DNA of 64,000 bases, taken from Phallusia mammillata. Lineage: Eukaryota. Both the position numbers and the translations under genes were made by a program. The stretch covers positions 18,352,001 through 18,416,000 of the forward strand of contig OZ281497.1 of NCBI GenBank assembly GCA_965637545.1. The letters run 5' to 3'. The notes below the pieces were generated by a model, which worked only from the letters and a program-made list of their open reading frames with translations, was not told the DNA's origin and did no database searches. This document shows positions 1 to 11,025 of this stretch, piece by piece (the stretch's first letter is position 1; every line of letters begins with the position of its first letter).

Positions 1-224
1 GACAATAATTTACTGACTTTTTGCATGCAAAAATATAATAATTGAAGCAATTTTCGTTGGTACTAAGCAGGAAAGACAATTTACCGCTTTAACTGTGGGT
101 TCGTAATATATACACATATATATATATGCACCACCGAATAACGCCCAAAAAGCCTAGATTATTTTTCTTACTTGATGCACAAATTGAGCTGCTCACTGAT
201 AAGATCAGTCTTAACTGTCTATAA

Positions 225-1501
225 CAGGGGTGGCCAGACCTGCTTCATGCTCGAGCCGCATATCACAAAACTTAGTTTTAAAAGAGCCCCAACACAAAAA
301 ATCAAAAACGCGTTTATTCACTCACAATCAAGTGTAGGCTTTTAAATAATGATTTATTGTTGTGTGGTGATACTGTGAGTCTCCACCTGGGCTGCAAGGA
401 TTTTGAAATTAGGCTTTTTTGTGTTTAGCTTTGTAATGACGTTTCTATTGGGCGTCGTTGTGGAATAATTTTTTCGACAACGGCGTCTTAAGGCCGTTTT
501 GAAAACAAACAAAAAACTTGCAAGATAGCTAACTTGCAGGAACTTAGCGTTGCAAGTTAGCTAACCTGCCGCAAGTTAGGTTATCTTGCAACGCTAAGTT
601 GCCGCAAGTTAGCTAAGTTGCTGCAAGATAGCTATCTTGCGACGCTAAGTTACCGCAACTTAACTAACTTGCAACGCTAAATTGCCGCAAGATAGCTATT
701 TTGCGCCGCTAAGTTGCCGCAAGTTAGCTAACTTGCGACTCAAATAGTTAAGTTGCATCAAGATAGCTAACCTGCAACGAAATATAGCTAAGTTGCGGCA
801 ACTTAGCGTCGCAAGTTAGCTAAGTTGCGTTGCAAGTTAATTAAGTTGCCGCAAGATAACCTAACTTGCGGCAAGTTAGCTAACTTGCAACGCTAAATTG
901 CTGCAAGTTAGCTATATTTCGTTGCAGTTAGCTATATTGCGGCAACTTAGCTATCTTGTAGCAACTTAATTTATTCGACGACGGCGCCCCATACGTTTCA
1001 AGTTACTGGTTTTGTAACGATTGAGCGAATCTTGACAGATAAGACACACAGGTTTACCTTCATTATCAATGAATGGAAACTCCTCCTCCCATTCTGTTTT
1101 AAAAGTTATATTTTCCTGTTTATCTTTCTTTTTTTGTAATTATTACTCAGCAACATTTTTTGGGATAAACTTTGCAGTTATTGCTAGTATTAGCAGCAAT
1201 AAAAATGTAAAATGTTTTTAATGTCAGCCCTGACTTACAGCTTCAATCTGACAATATATTTGACTACAATGCACAAGCTAGCACGCTTCTGTACAATAAT
1301 GTTCTTTTCGGTTTTCGGAATGTACATTAGGCTACTTATTACAAACAGTCAGTCTATTGTTAATACGTGATAGAATGCATTATTTTATAACCAGGTTAAA
1401 CAACTCGCAACATGGGGAAATACATGTGCAACATTAAAGAGCCGTAAACAAAGACTCAAAGAGCCGCATGCGGCTCGGGAGCCGCAGTTTGGCCACCCCT
1501 G
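225..1501. mobile_element. hAT (Charlie-like) non-autonomous DNA element carrying a nested palindromic array
   Basis: TIRs CAGGGGTGGCCA (225) and TGGCCACCCCTG (ends 1501). Flanking 8-mers GTCTATAA and ATCTATAT form a degenerate TSD resembling the NTCTAGAN Charlie target. No transposase ORF. Confidence 0.8.
448..991. repeat. Foldback-like element: array of 16-bp palindromic units inside short inverted termini
   Basis: From 516 to 970, variants of the palindrome CAAGTTAGCTAACTTG alternate with CAACGCTAAGTTGCCG-type spacers in both orientations. Termini GGCGTCGTTGTGGAATAA (451) and TTATTCGACGACGGCGCC (971) are imperfect inverted repeats, with TA on both outer sides. Confidence 0.75.
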
Positions 1502-2430
1502 ATCTATATTGTAGCGCTTGTGGTACCCATTTTCCCCACACAATAGGCGTACTAAAAGTCAGACGCATGTGACTACTAGGTTGGTAATACTCTTTTTAGT
1601 ACCACAAAATCGGTAGATAGTAGTTTGAAAATCAAATATTTAGCAAAAGGGTTTCATTTATGTCCCAGTACATATATTTTAATCAACATGTTCACGGTCG
1701 CACAAAAAACCGTCTCTGCGACCGCATGTCGCCGTAGGGCTGCAGGTTGTGCCCCCCTGGTCTAAGATTGTCGTTTAGTCCTTTTCCAACAAAAGATCAG
1801 TTACTTATTGGAAGGCTTGCAACGACGGCCCAGGCAACTCGAAAACCCACAGAACTCAGATAATAATGAACCAAATTAGCCGATTCGGTGCATCGTTTGC
1901 AAGGTTTCGGTACAACATTGTTGAAACGCCTGCACTGAGATGTTTTCTCATGTAGGTCTATTATACACAAGCTCTTTGGTAGTTTTAAGTTAGATTAAAT
2001 ATTCACCGTTCCTCCCACTATTAATTTGTATATCGTCAATGTTGCGGCGATTGCAAGACAAAGGTCCAACTTATTATGATTAATGTCAACTTGTGGCGGT
2101 TTTGTCAGATGCTGTAAACCGCAAACTTTATTTAAGCGTTTGTTATAGCAGGGGGTACTTATGTAAGTAAATGAAATATGAGAGTCAGTCACCCACTATT
2201 TAGAGTACTTAAGTCCAATCCATAATAGCAAATACTATTTTATTTTTTTATAACTTTCTGCAATGGGGTACATTAAAAGTAACAAAAAAGTTATTATTTT
2301 TAGGTTAAAACAACTAAACGAAACTTTCAATCTCCTTTAACGAAACTACTGTAAATGATTTTACATCAGCAATCCATCAAAAAAGTGTTAGCAACATTTA
2401 GGGGGGGGGGGGGCTATAATACAAACGTAC

Positions 2431-5400
2431 GTGCAATTGGTCCAGCTTCTCTCTGCACAAATTGTCACAACTCTCAAGCGCTTCTCTGGCAGTGTTTTCT
2501 GCAGCACTCTAAAATAGTGAAAAATTTACTGTACCGCTTTTGCAACAATGTTCCAAACTTGCTGATTAAATACGCCTAGTGTGCATTAATGACCTATTGT
2601 CTGTCGGAATTAATGAACGAGCAATAGCAACTAATAAATTGTCCAAACAAAGGAATTGCAATGAGAAGTTGCGCTTTTGTAAAATCATTGGAACATTCTT
2701 ATGTTGCAAACTTCCATGCATGTTTGTTTCATTGTAGAGTCGACATGATCATGCTATCGTTCAGTGGTTCTCAACCTTTTCATGGCCATGACCCCCTAAA
2801 AGCGACTTTTGGGCCTCATGGCCCCCATTCAAGTAACCCTGTAGGATCTGTGACCCCCTTATAAAAATGTAAATGGCAATCTCGTGTTGGAATTCGGTAC
2901 TTATTTTGGCTTTAAACAGGTCGAATAGAGTAAACAAGAATCTGTAATAGTGAAAAAACTCAATATAGACAAATAGTATGGGAAAAAGTCGATTAAATTT
3001 GGGAATAAAGTTACATAGAAAATGGCTTTTAGTGGTTGGTTTGGTAAATCTACACCCGTGGCCCCCCCGAAACTTGGGGGGTTGAGAACCACTGCTATAG
3101 TCTAAACCAGGGGTTCCCAAACTTTTTGGTCTGTGGCCCAAATGTCTATTTAATAGCGATTCGTGGCTCACCACGTGCTGTAAATTTGGGCACAAACAAA
3201 AAAAAATCAAAAACAGGCGAAATGGTTTCTAGCAATTTATTTTTAATGAGATAGGCTACATGCTCCTGAAATTTGGCTGCAAGATTCGGAATTATTTGCA
3301 AATATTATGTTTTTCAAAATAAAGTGCATAATATCTACATAACAAAACAGTAGAATCTGTTCAAATGGCTCTGTGGCCCATTGAAAATGTCTTGGTGGCA
3401 GTGGCGGCTCGTGCCTAAAATTTGTGGGGGTGCTGCTCCATAAGTTGGCAATATATAGAAAAGCTACATTACTAGTTTTCTAGCCATTGTTTTGTGTAGC
3501 AAAACAAGTAATACAAATCTTAATTAGCAACTCCATTGTGACGTAATTTAAACAGCAGACGGTGTCATTTGTGTATTTTGTTTACTTGCACAGCGACGGG
3601 CCAAACACCATAACATACAGTAATAATGTGGCACAAAAACGCACGTGACACAGACTCGAAACGAAGCGGTTGTAAATACGTTAAAACACAACAAAAATAT
3701 AACAAAACAATAAGAAAAAAGAAATGAGTCGAAAAAGGTCGAAGTATTTCAGTTAGACAACATTTAAAAAAATGGTCATGTTTTATTTAAGTAACTTATA
3801 GTCACAGTCAGCGTTTTCAACATATTCTATGACACGTCACAGATTATTGTCACACAAAAAAACTAGCCATACAGCTGTTTAATGGTATCATAACTGCCAA
3901 ATTTAACAACCACATTACATTTGTGTCAGAACTTGTTTATTTTGACATCTTTTTTTTGAATTTTTGTGGGCAGACTATTATTTGTCCTTCAGATTCTTAA
4001 CTGCTATACTTGCTGCTTTATTTGCTGGCAAATAGCTTCTAATTGCTTTTTTTAAGTGCAAAACTCCTTCAAGCTTTAAAATTTACAACACTCTCACTTA
4101 AATTTAACACATATTATTAAACCTTGTGCTTCCTTTTTACAACCAAAATGAATCATAAAGTAATAGTTTGGGCAAAATAATTGATAGCTTCTTTCTTGAT
4201 TCCAAATGACAGCTAAGAAACTGTTTTTCTATTAGTACTAGCACTGCAAGTGCAAGTTTTTGGAAAATAATGGTGTTCTCATAAAGTTATAGTTTGGGCA
4301 AAATAATTGATAGCTTCTTTCTTGATTCCAAATGACAACTAAGAAACTGTTGTTCTATTAGTACTAGTCTTTTGAAAATAATGGTGTTCCTAACAAAGGT
4401 TTGCATCATTTTCAGTGTTAAAAAGAACTGTTTTGCCTTTGAAAGAATCATGGAAACAGCAAAAAGGATTTTTCATCCTAGTAATTTCACTTGTCAAAAC
4501 ATCATCTAGATTATTTTTGAAGTAATTTTGAACATCAGATCTACAGAAACATCTAGTTTTTCTTTGTCAACAATAGGATGTGCTTGGTGGTCACTACTAT
4601 CTTGTCTGTAGAATGTTCATTCTTAAGAAACACTTCCGGTGAAGCAATTTAGCAGCTACTGTTTAGACAAACAGTACATGTCCATTATATCAATACACAT
4701 GATTGCACTTGGTTGCAAATACTCTCCACATGATTTGTTAGGAAACCAAAACTTTAAATTGTCTTCACTTAGGTATTTCAAAATTCCTGTTGCTTCTGCA
4801 ATTGTTTGTTCTGCGTTTAATATTGCCTGAATTTCAGTGAGGCATTTAACTTCACAGTCACAAATTTATTTTTTCTTTAGTAGCATTAAGAACTAAAACT
4901 GAGTATTTCTTGTTGGTGCTTATACCTGCATGGCATTGGAGCAGCAGATGTTTTATCCCATATTTTCTTAAAACTTTTTAATTCAGTTATTTATTATAAA
5001 GGTTAATCGTGACTTTTCAAGGTGTTAGATGACCTTTTTTTCTTTTTCAAAGTGTTACATACACTTATTTAATTCAATGATAACTGCAAAAACTGAAACC
5101 CACTTACAGTCGTCTTAAAAAGTCACGACTAACCTTCAAACAAATAAATTATAAGATGGCAAAATAATTATTTAACTGTACTCTACTCACTGCCGAACTT
5201 AAGAATACACGGTTTTGGCTTTGGAGCTCACTGACGCGAAGCAGACAACACAACTAGCGCTATGTCACGGGAGGGGCTGCGCGAGCCACAGCCCCCTCTC
5301 GCCTATTTCGCCCGGCATGTAGCTTTTCTAAGTGCGCATGCGCACAACTGAAAACGTCATGAAACGTCACGAAACTGGAGCTGCAGCTCCGCCATAGATA

Positions 5401-8400
5401 ACATATTAATGCAATAATTTTTTTTAAAAAAAGGAAAAAAAATGCCGATAAAGGTGGAAATTATACTTATTATGTATTGCTAAAGAATAAAAAAAAAGAA
5501 TCTAATGAAAATTATCTGTAATATTGTGGTGGGAATATTAGGTAAAAATATCTAGGGGGTGCTGCAGCTCCGCAGCCCCCTCGCACGAGCCGCCCCTGCT
5601 TGGTGGCCTAGTACTGGGCCATGGCCCACAGTTTGGGAATCACTGGTCTAAACCATGCAGGGGTCGGAACTTTTTTTGCGCTGCGGCCCGTTTTTGAAAC
5701 CGAAATTTTATTGTTGACCGGCCTCCAAAAAACTACAAATATTTAGCAATAAAAATGTCAAAATTAGGTAATCATCCCCGGATAGCCTACACGAGAAAAG
5801 CATTTACCCTAAAAAGTATCGGCCCGGTAACGTACTCCTCGCGGACAGGCGGTTGCCGACCACCGCTCTAAACCAGCACAGTTCGTTATCTCGAAATCCT
5901 TTATTTGCGGCTTAACTATGTAAATCCTGCATTTAAGTTTTTGAAGTTGTCGGACTGCGTTTTTGTTTTAAATTGTAGTTGGCAAAAGCAAAAGTTTTCC
6001 AAAAATAGGTACGTTAGGTACAAAAACCTTACAAAAGTAGTCAATGTATTGCGGATTACTTACTTGTAAAAGCGTGGCAATGTGAGGGACATCGCTTGCG
6101 CGAAACTTTTTCAGTGTTCCAGAAATAAAATCAATCATATGTTGTCCGGTAGCAATACGCCCTTCTATTTTTTTTACTGCCAATTTCCCTGGGTTAAACA
6201 ACTCTTGTACCAATTCATTTAAGTATTGTTTGAAGCAACTTTTCATGTCTGCAACGTTTGAAACACACATTTGGATAAGTTTCTTATCTCTACTGTTTAA
6301 ACATAAAAGAGATAATCAGGTATTTTTTAACGAAAAAGAAACTTATAAAATTCGCAAAATTAGATTGGAAAACGGTTGATCTCGAAGAAATGAGACACCC
6401 CTAAAATTTAAATCAAAGTGCACTTACGTTCAAACTTAAACGTTGTATTGTCATTGCTTCGGTTCGCTATAGTGTCTCCCGGGTATGGCAGCGGAAAGCA
6501 TTCGACGCTTTCAAAGCAGTCGGAAATATGCTGCCTTACACTTGTCAATTCTTCACTGGCCTTCTTGTCGATTTTTAGCGTTTTACGCTTAACTTTTGCA
6601 CCTCCTTTTGCTCCAAATCCCGTGGTTGAGTGTTGCCAGTCGCGAATTAAAAACAGCAAGTTCTGCAAAAATAAGTTCGTTTGGTCTTTTGTAGTCCAGA
6701 CGAAAACCGACATGTAAGAGGTAAAAACCTGAAATGGTTTAAGCTCGGTATTTTTACTGAGTTTCTGCACAGCTCGACCATAATCTGTAAACAACTAAAA
6801 TCCGCCCAATTAGCATTTTTTTGAACACAGAAAACAGAATCTTGGTTGTTACCTGAAAGTGTTGTAGATTGTCCTCCTGAATTTGTTGGGAAAGATTGTA
6901 AATTTGCATTGAGCTTATTACAGTGCTGAGAGCAAATGTAGAAGTACATGTGGTCACTTCAGTTTCAGAGTCAAATAATCCTTGTGTGTCCATCAAAAAT
7001 ATCGCCACCTAAAAATAACTTTGTGGCAAAAGGTGCCCAAATAACCATGATTTTTAGGTATTAACTCATTTGCTGTCTTCTAACCTAGGAGCGTACAAAG
7101 TTCTGTGCAAACAGTGTTCACAAAGCAAAATTTACCTTTTTCCCGTCGGGACATTGAACGATAAAAGGTTTGCGGTGAATTAAAATTCCCTTTGTATCAG
7201 GATCCATTCCACCTTTCCAGGAAAATCCCTTTAATTCCGTATTATTGTCTTCCAGCCACTGTTCAGACTAAAAAGCAACAACTATATTACCAAACTTTCC
7301 GCATCCGGCCCGCGAGCAACTTTTAAGCGGCCCGCGACTCGTACTTTGATTTGATCGACCGGACGGAATATATGTGTTAAATCCCATTTTTGTACCAAAG
7401 AGTTGTTATATTAAACCTTAATAGTTTTTAGTGTAATGATAAGAATATACATTGTTGCGTACAAAGACAAAATCATTGTGTGTTTCACTTTGCCTACACT
7501 GCTATATTATTACATAACCATCGTTGCGGCCCGCCTGCGCAAAATATCACTACTTTTTGACCCACGCATGCAAAAAGGTTGCCCACCTTTGTTCTACAAC
7601 AGTGGTTCTTAACCAGGGCCCATGGCACCCCAGGGAGGCCACGAGCTGTTTTCCGGGGGGCCACGGGTGTAGCTTCACCAGAAACACCCACTAAAATCCA
7701 TTTCGTTTTTAACTTTAGGCCTATTCCCTAATTTAATGGAATATTTCACATACTCTTTGCCCATATTGAGTTTTTTTGCGATTACGGATTCTTTTCGACC
7801 TGTTTGAAGTCGAAATTAGTACCAAATTCCAACATGAGATTGCCATTTGCATTTTTTAAGGGGGCCACATGTCCTACGGGGTTACTTGAAGGGGGCCACA
7901 GATCCACAAGTTACTTTTAGGGGGCCACCGGTCCACGAAAGGTTGAAAACCACTGTTCTACAACATGTGCTGCAATCTACTGTGTCGTGTGACTTAACAA
8001 TTCGCTGTAAGATATGTCTGATGATGCATGGTTTAGTTCTTTCCATTATTGCTTTCCGTAGGTCTCGGTACTATGCCGATTTTAAAAGGCGTTTTTTGTC
8101 GTTGCACTTTGTTCACGCATTGTTGCACAAGATGCGTCGTGTAATATCTACGTAATGTTGTTGGAGCAGAACCTACCAAGTGTTTAGGCTGTTGGGCCAG
8201 TTTTTTTACGATTTACAAGTTTCTCTCAAACACGGAAGGTAATTATTAAACGTCCTGTCACTAGACGGTACTGAAATAATATTAACGTGTTTGTCATTTT
8301 CTGTTTTATTACAGCTCAGTTAGTTATTCAGTTACCTTTTAAGGTGCTTCGTTATTTAACCTGCGTTTTACGAGGCATAGTGATGAAAGATTGCGCAAAA

Positions 8401-9032
8401 CAACATTTCTGTTCGGATCTTAATGCAGCATGAGAAAAACCCATATAAGTTGTTATTCGAGTTGTGTTCACAATACACCAAATTTACAATTAACCCACGA
8501 CATCAATTCCATATTTGCTTCTGGTCAAACAGATGTATTTTTTGTTTGAAAGTCTTTACGAATGCAGAGTTGCAGACCCTTGCATGTTTTTGTAAATTTG
8601 TCGGGTAGGCTGTTGCACAACTTCGACAGAAACACAAATCCAACGAAAAATATACTTGCATTAATTTAATTATCAATTCGTGTAGCTTACCTGGCCATTT
8701 TCGAGAGCTTCTAAATATCGAATAAACAAATTCAGCATAAACGATTTTCCTTTTCGAAAAGCTCCGGCAATGGAATAAATTGCTACTGGCATCTCTAACA
8801 CCTCGGCAAAGAGATCGTTCAACTGTGTGTCATCAACGGGAACACCATCACAGTCAGTGATTGGAACATAAGATTTTTTGGCCTGTTGACATGCAAGCAC
8901 TAATAAACAAATTTAATCTTACGCATGATTTTAGCCGTTGTATTAACAGGTAATAATTTATAAATAATTTAAGACGTCCATAATAGTCAATTACTAATAC
9001 TAATAGCCTATACATACCTTTTCGGAAACCAT
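2431..9032 (-). CDS. Atlastin-family (GB1/RHD3-type) large GTPase, multi-exon; 5' end and exons below 2431 unresolved
   Basis: Spliced exons give [14 protein letters not shown] (G1, 8.7-8.9 kb), [14 protein letters not shown] (G2, 7.14-7.27 kb), [10 protein letters not shown] (G3, 6.85-7.0 kb), LFLIRDW (G4, ~6.65 kb) and LAVKKIEG...IATLLQ (6.06-6.27 kb). After a ~3.5-kb intron comes an AG/GT-bounded exon at 2431-2508, [26 protein letters not shown], resembling atlastin ATAEANNLAAVA..YNKKM. Candidate ATG at 9032 (MVSEK). Confidence 0.8.
2762..3094. mobile_element. hAT-type MITE
   Basis: TIRs CAGTGGTTCTCAAC and GTTGAGAACCACTG; flanking 8-mers CTATCGTT and CTATAGTC (6/8 match). Confidence 0.8.
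3108..5645. mobile_element. hAT (Charlie-like) MITE split by a nested 2.2-kb element
   Basis: TIRs CAGGGGTTCCCAAACT and AGTTTGGGAATCACTG; perfect 8-bp TSD GTCTAAAC at 3100-3107 and 5646-5653. Confidence 0.85.
3399..5598 (-). mobile_element. Nested decayed hAT (Tip100-like) element with probable transposase remnant
   Basis: TIRs CAGTGGCGGCTCGTG and CACGAGCCGCCCCTG; perfect TSD CTTGGTGG at 3391-3398 and 5599-5606. Minus strand 4844-4656 reads [34 protein letters not shown], which by eye resembles Tip100/ZMYM1-like transposases. Internal tandem duplication 4153-4278/4279-4389. Confidence 0.75.
5658..5865. mobile_element. ~200-bp hAT-type MITE (same family as 12941-13143)
   Basis: Ends CAGGGGTCGGAAC and GTTGCCGACCACCG; internal sequence aligns by eye with 12941-13143. 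Confidence 0.7.
7600..7955. mobile_element. hAT-type MITE in an atlastin-like intron
   Basis: TIRs CAGTGGTTCTTAACC and GGTTGAAAACCACTG; perfect TSD TTCTACAA at 7592-7599 and 7956-7963. It abuts the right end (AGGTTGCCCACCTTTG, 7591) of an older degenerate MITE at ~7290-7591. Confidence 0.85.
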
Positions 9033-11025
9033 TTTTTGTCCAGTAACACCCTTCAAAAAAACAAAAATTGCTTAACTTTGTACACTATTTTTGTAGTTTC
9101 ATAAATCAGTTTACTTGCGCAATTTTTTTAACGATTATTAACTTACAACATTTCAAAACCTTGCAGACTCAGCCACCTTCTAAATATTCGATTTTGACCA
9201 TAACGTTTTTTAAAAAAGCTGTAACTATTAACTTACTATAGTTTTTACTAATTATAGCTCTGAATAAACTTTTTATACGTTTACAAAGCCTACGCTAATG
9301 AGGCACCAATGTTAAGAAACGTTTTGTGTTTACTGACATGTAAATTTTCAGACTTCTGTCTTGTATGTGTTGATTCGACTAAAAATAAAATATAAGTTAA
9401 TTAGACCTGGATATAGGTTAATTAATCTTTAAACCAGTGATCGTGTATTACCCCAAGTTATCAAGACATTAACCGTATATTATTATTTTACCAACGACAG
9501 TTATGTGTCTGTTGGTTATTGTTTCATGTACTTGGCATATACATAAATTTGTAGCTTGACATTAGATGTTCTGCATCCCATTACTGGTCCTTCCATTCAT
9601 AAACAACACATTTGGTTAAAATCCGGTAAAAAGGGAATTTCTTGTTTATATGTGAACATACGACTATTTTATACATCGATATACGACCTCTGTCACTTTC
9701 ATTCGGGTTGTCATCAACGCTTGATCCTTTCTTCTGTAAACAAAAAATATGCACATTGTTTGTCACCTTAAAAACACACAAATAACCAATATCTTACTGC
9801 ATGGTCCTGCTCATCCATTCTGGACAGTGTATAATTCTTTATTGCAAAATAAAAGACTAACTTGGAGCTTCAAAACGTTGTCGCCAGGTTTGTTGTTTTG
9901 CTGGTTAAACTTTAAAATGTTTACCCCCAAAAAACTGCTTTTCTGCTGGTAAAAAAAATTACAATGCACCCTCATGGTTGATAGTAGGCTGTAGCATAAA
10001 CCTTTACTACAGTTTCGTCCTCTGACAAACTTTATTGGATCTAATCTATAATCCTAAGAAAAAACTTTAGTAGGAAAAAGTCGTGTTTTTAAAAGCTAAT
10101 TCTCTCTTTATGATTTTCTTCTGAATTCATAAAACTAATCGTATCACTGCTCGTTTGGCCGTTAAAGATAAAATTGGAATTCAGAGCCATTGCTAATCAC
10201 CTAGCAAACACGCCAGCAATGATTAACGGACCCTTCAGAACTTTGGCACGCAGGCTTCAATTTTACTGATCGAACAAATTTATCATGGATTTTTAAACAA
10301 ACCCTTTTTCTTCACATATGATTTTTGTTGATTGTACTAAAAAAGCTTCCATTACAATATTTTGAACATAAACTCTAAACGGTATACTTTTTGCTCTATT
10401 ACTAAAACAAACTTATGGTTTTAAGATTTGACTTTATCCATCAGCAATCGGTATTAGCCAATGACACAAAACAACGTTTTGCAACAAAACAGTTTTTGAG
10501 ACTTGTACCAAAAGAGATGATCAAACTTACATATCTGTGTTTACCGAGTCTTGCAACAACACCACGTCAATTTTAATTTATTTCTTACTGCCTGCTTTGA
10601 CATAGTCACCGCAGCTTCGCTTCAATGTTACATTTTATATTATACTTCAGCTGTCAGTTTGATTTGTATGTTGAATGACTATGAAAGGAGGCCTGATCAA
10701 CATGTTTATGTGTGCACTTCTGTCACTAATGTAAACCAAAAAATACAGACAGTTTGTGATTGCAATTAGCATGCCTATAGACAATCGACTCATTTGCTTT
10801 ATGTCACTGTGGTAAAAAATATTGTTTTAGGTTTAGCGATGCAATAACCTGATTTTTTGTCAAACATTGTAAAAGTGTTTCATTCCCACAAGCATTTATA
10901 TTGCCATTCATTATTTTGCATTGACGTAAAAAAAATTGACGTAAAATTACTAAATATAAAGGTGCCACAAATTTGATCATACAAATGTGTACTGAAATTT
11001 TTTTTTCGGAACAAGATTCCACGAA

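Noticed and set aside
516-970. CRISPR-like appearance of the palindromic repeat array
   Set aside because: The spacers are themselves repeat variants, the context is eukaryotic, and there are no cas genes.
5900-6060. Atlastin-like gene ending right after IATLLQ (GTPase-only protein)
   Set aside because: A phase-compatible exon resembling the next atlastin helix exists at 2431-2508, so early truncation is not supported.
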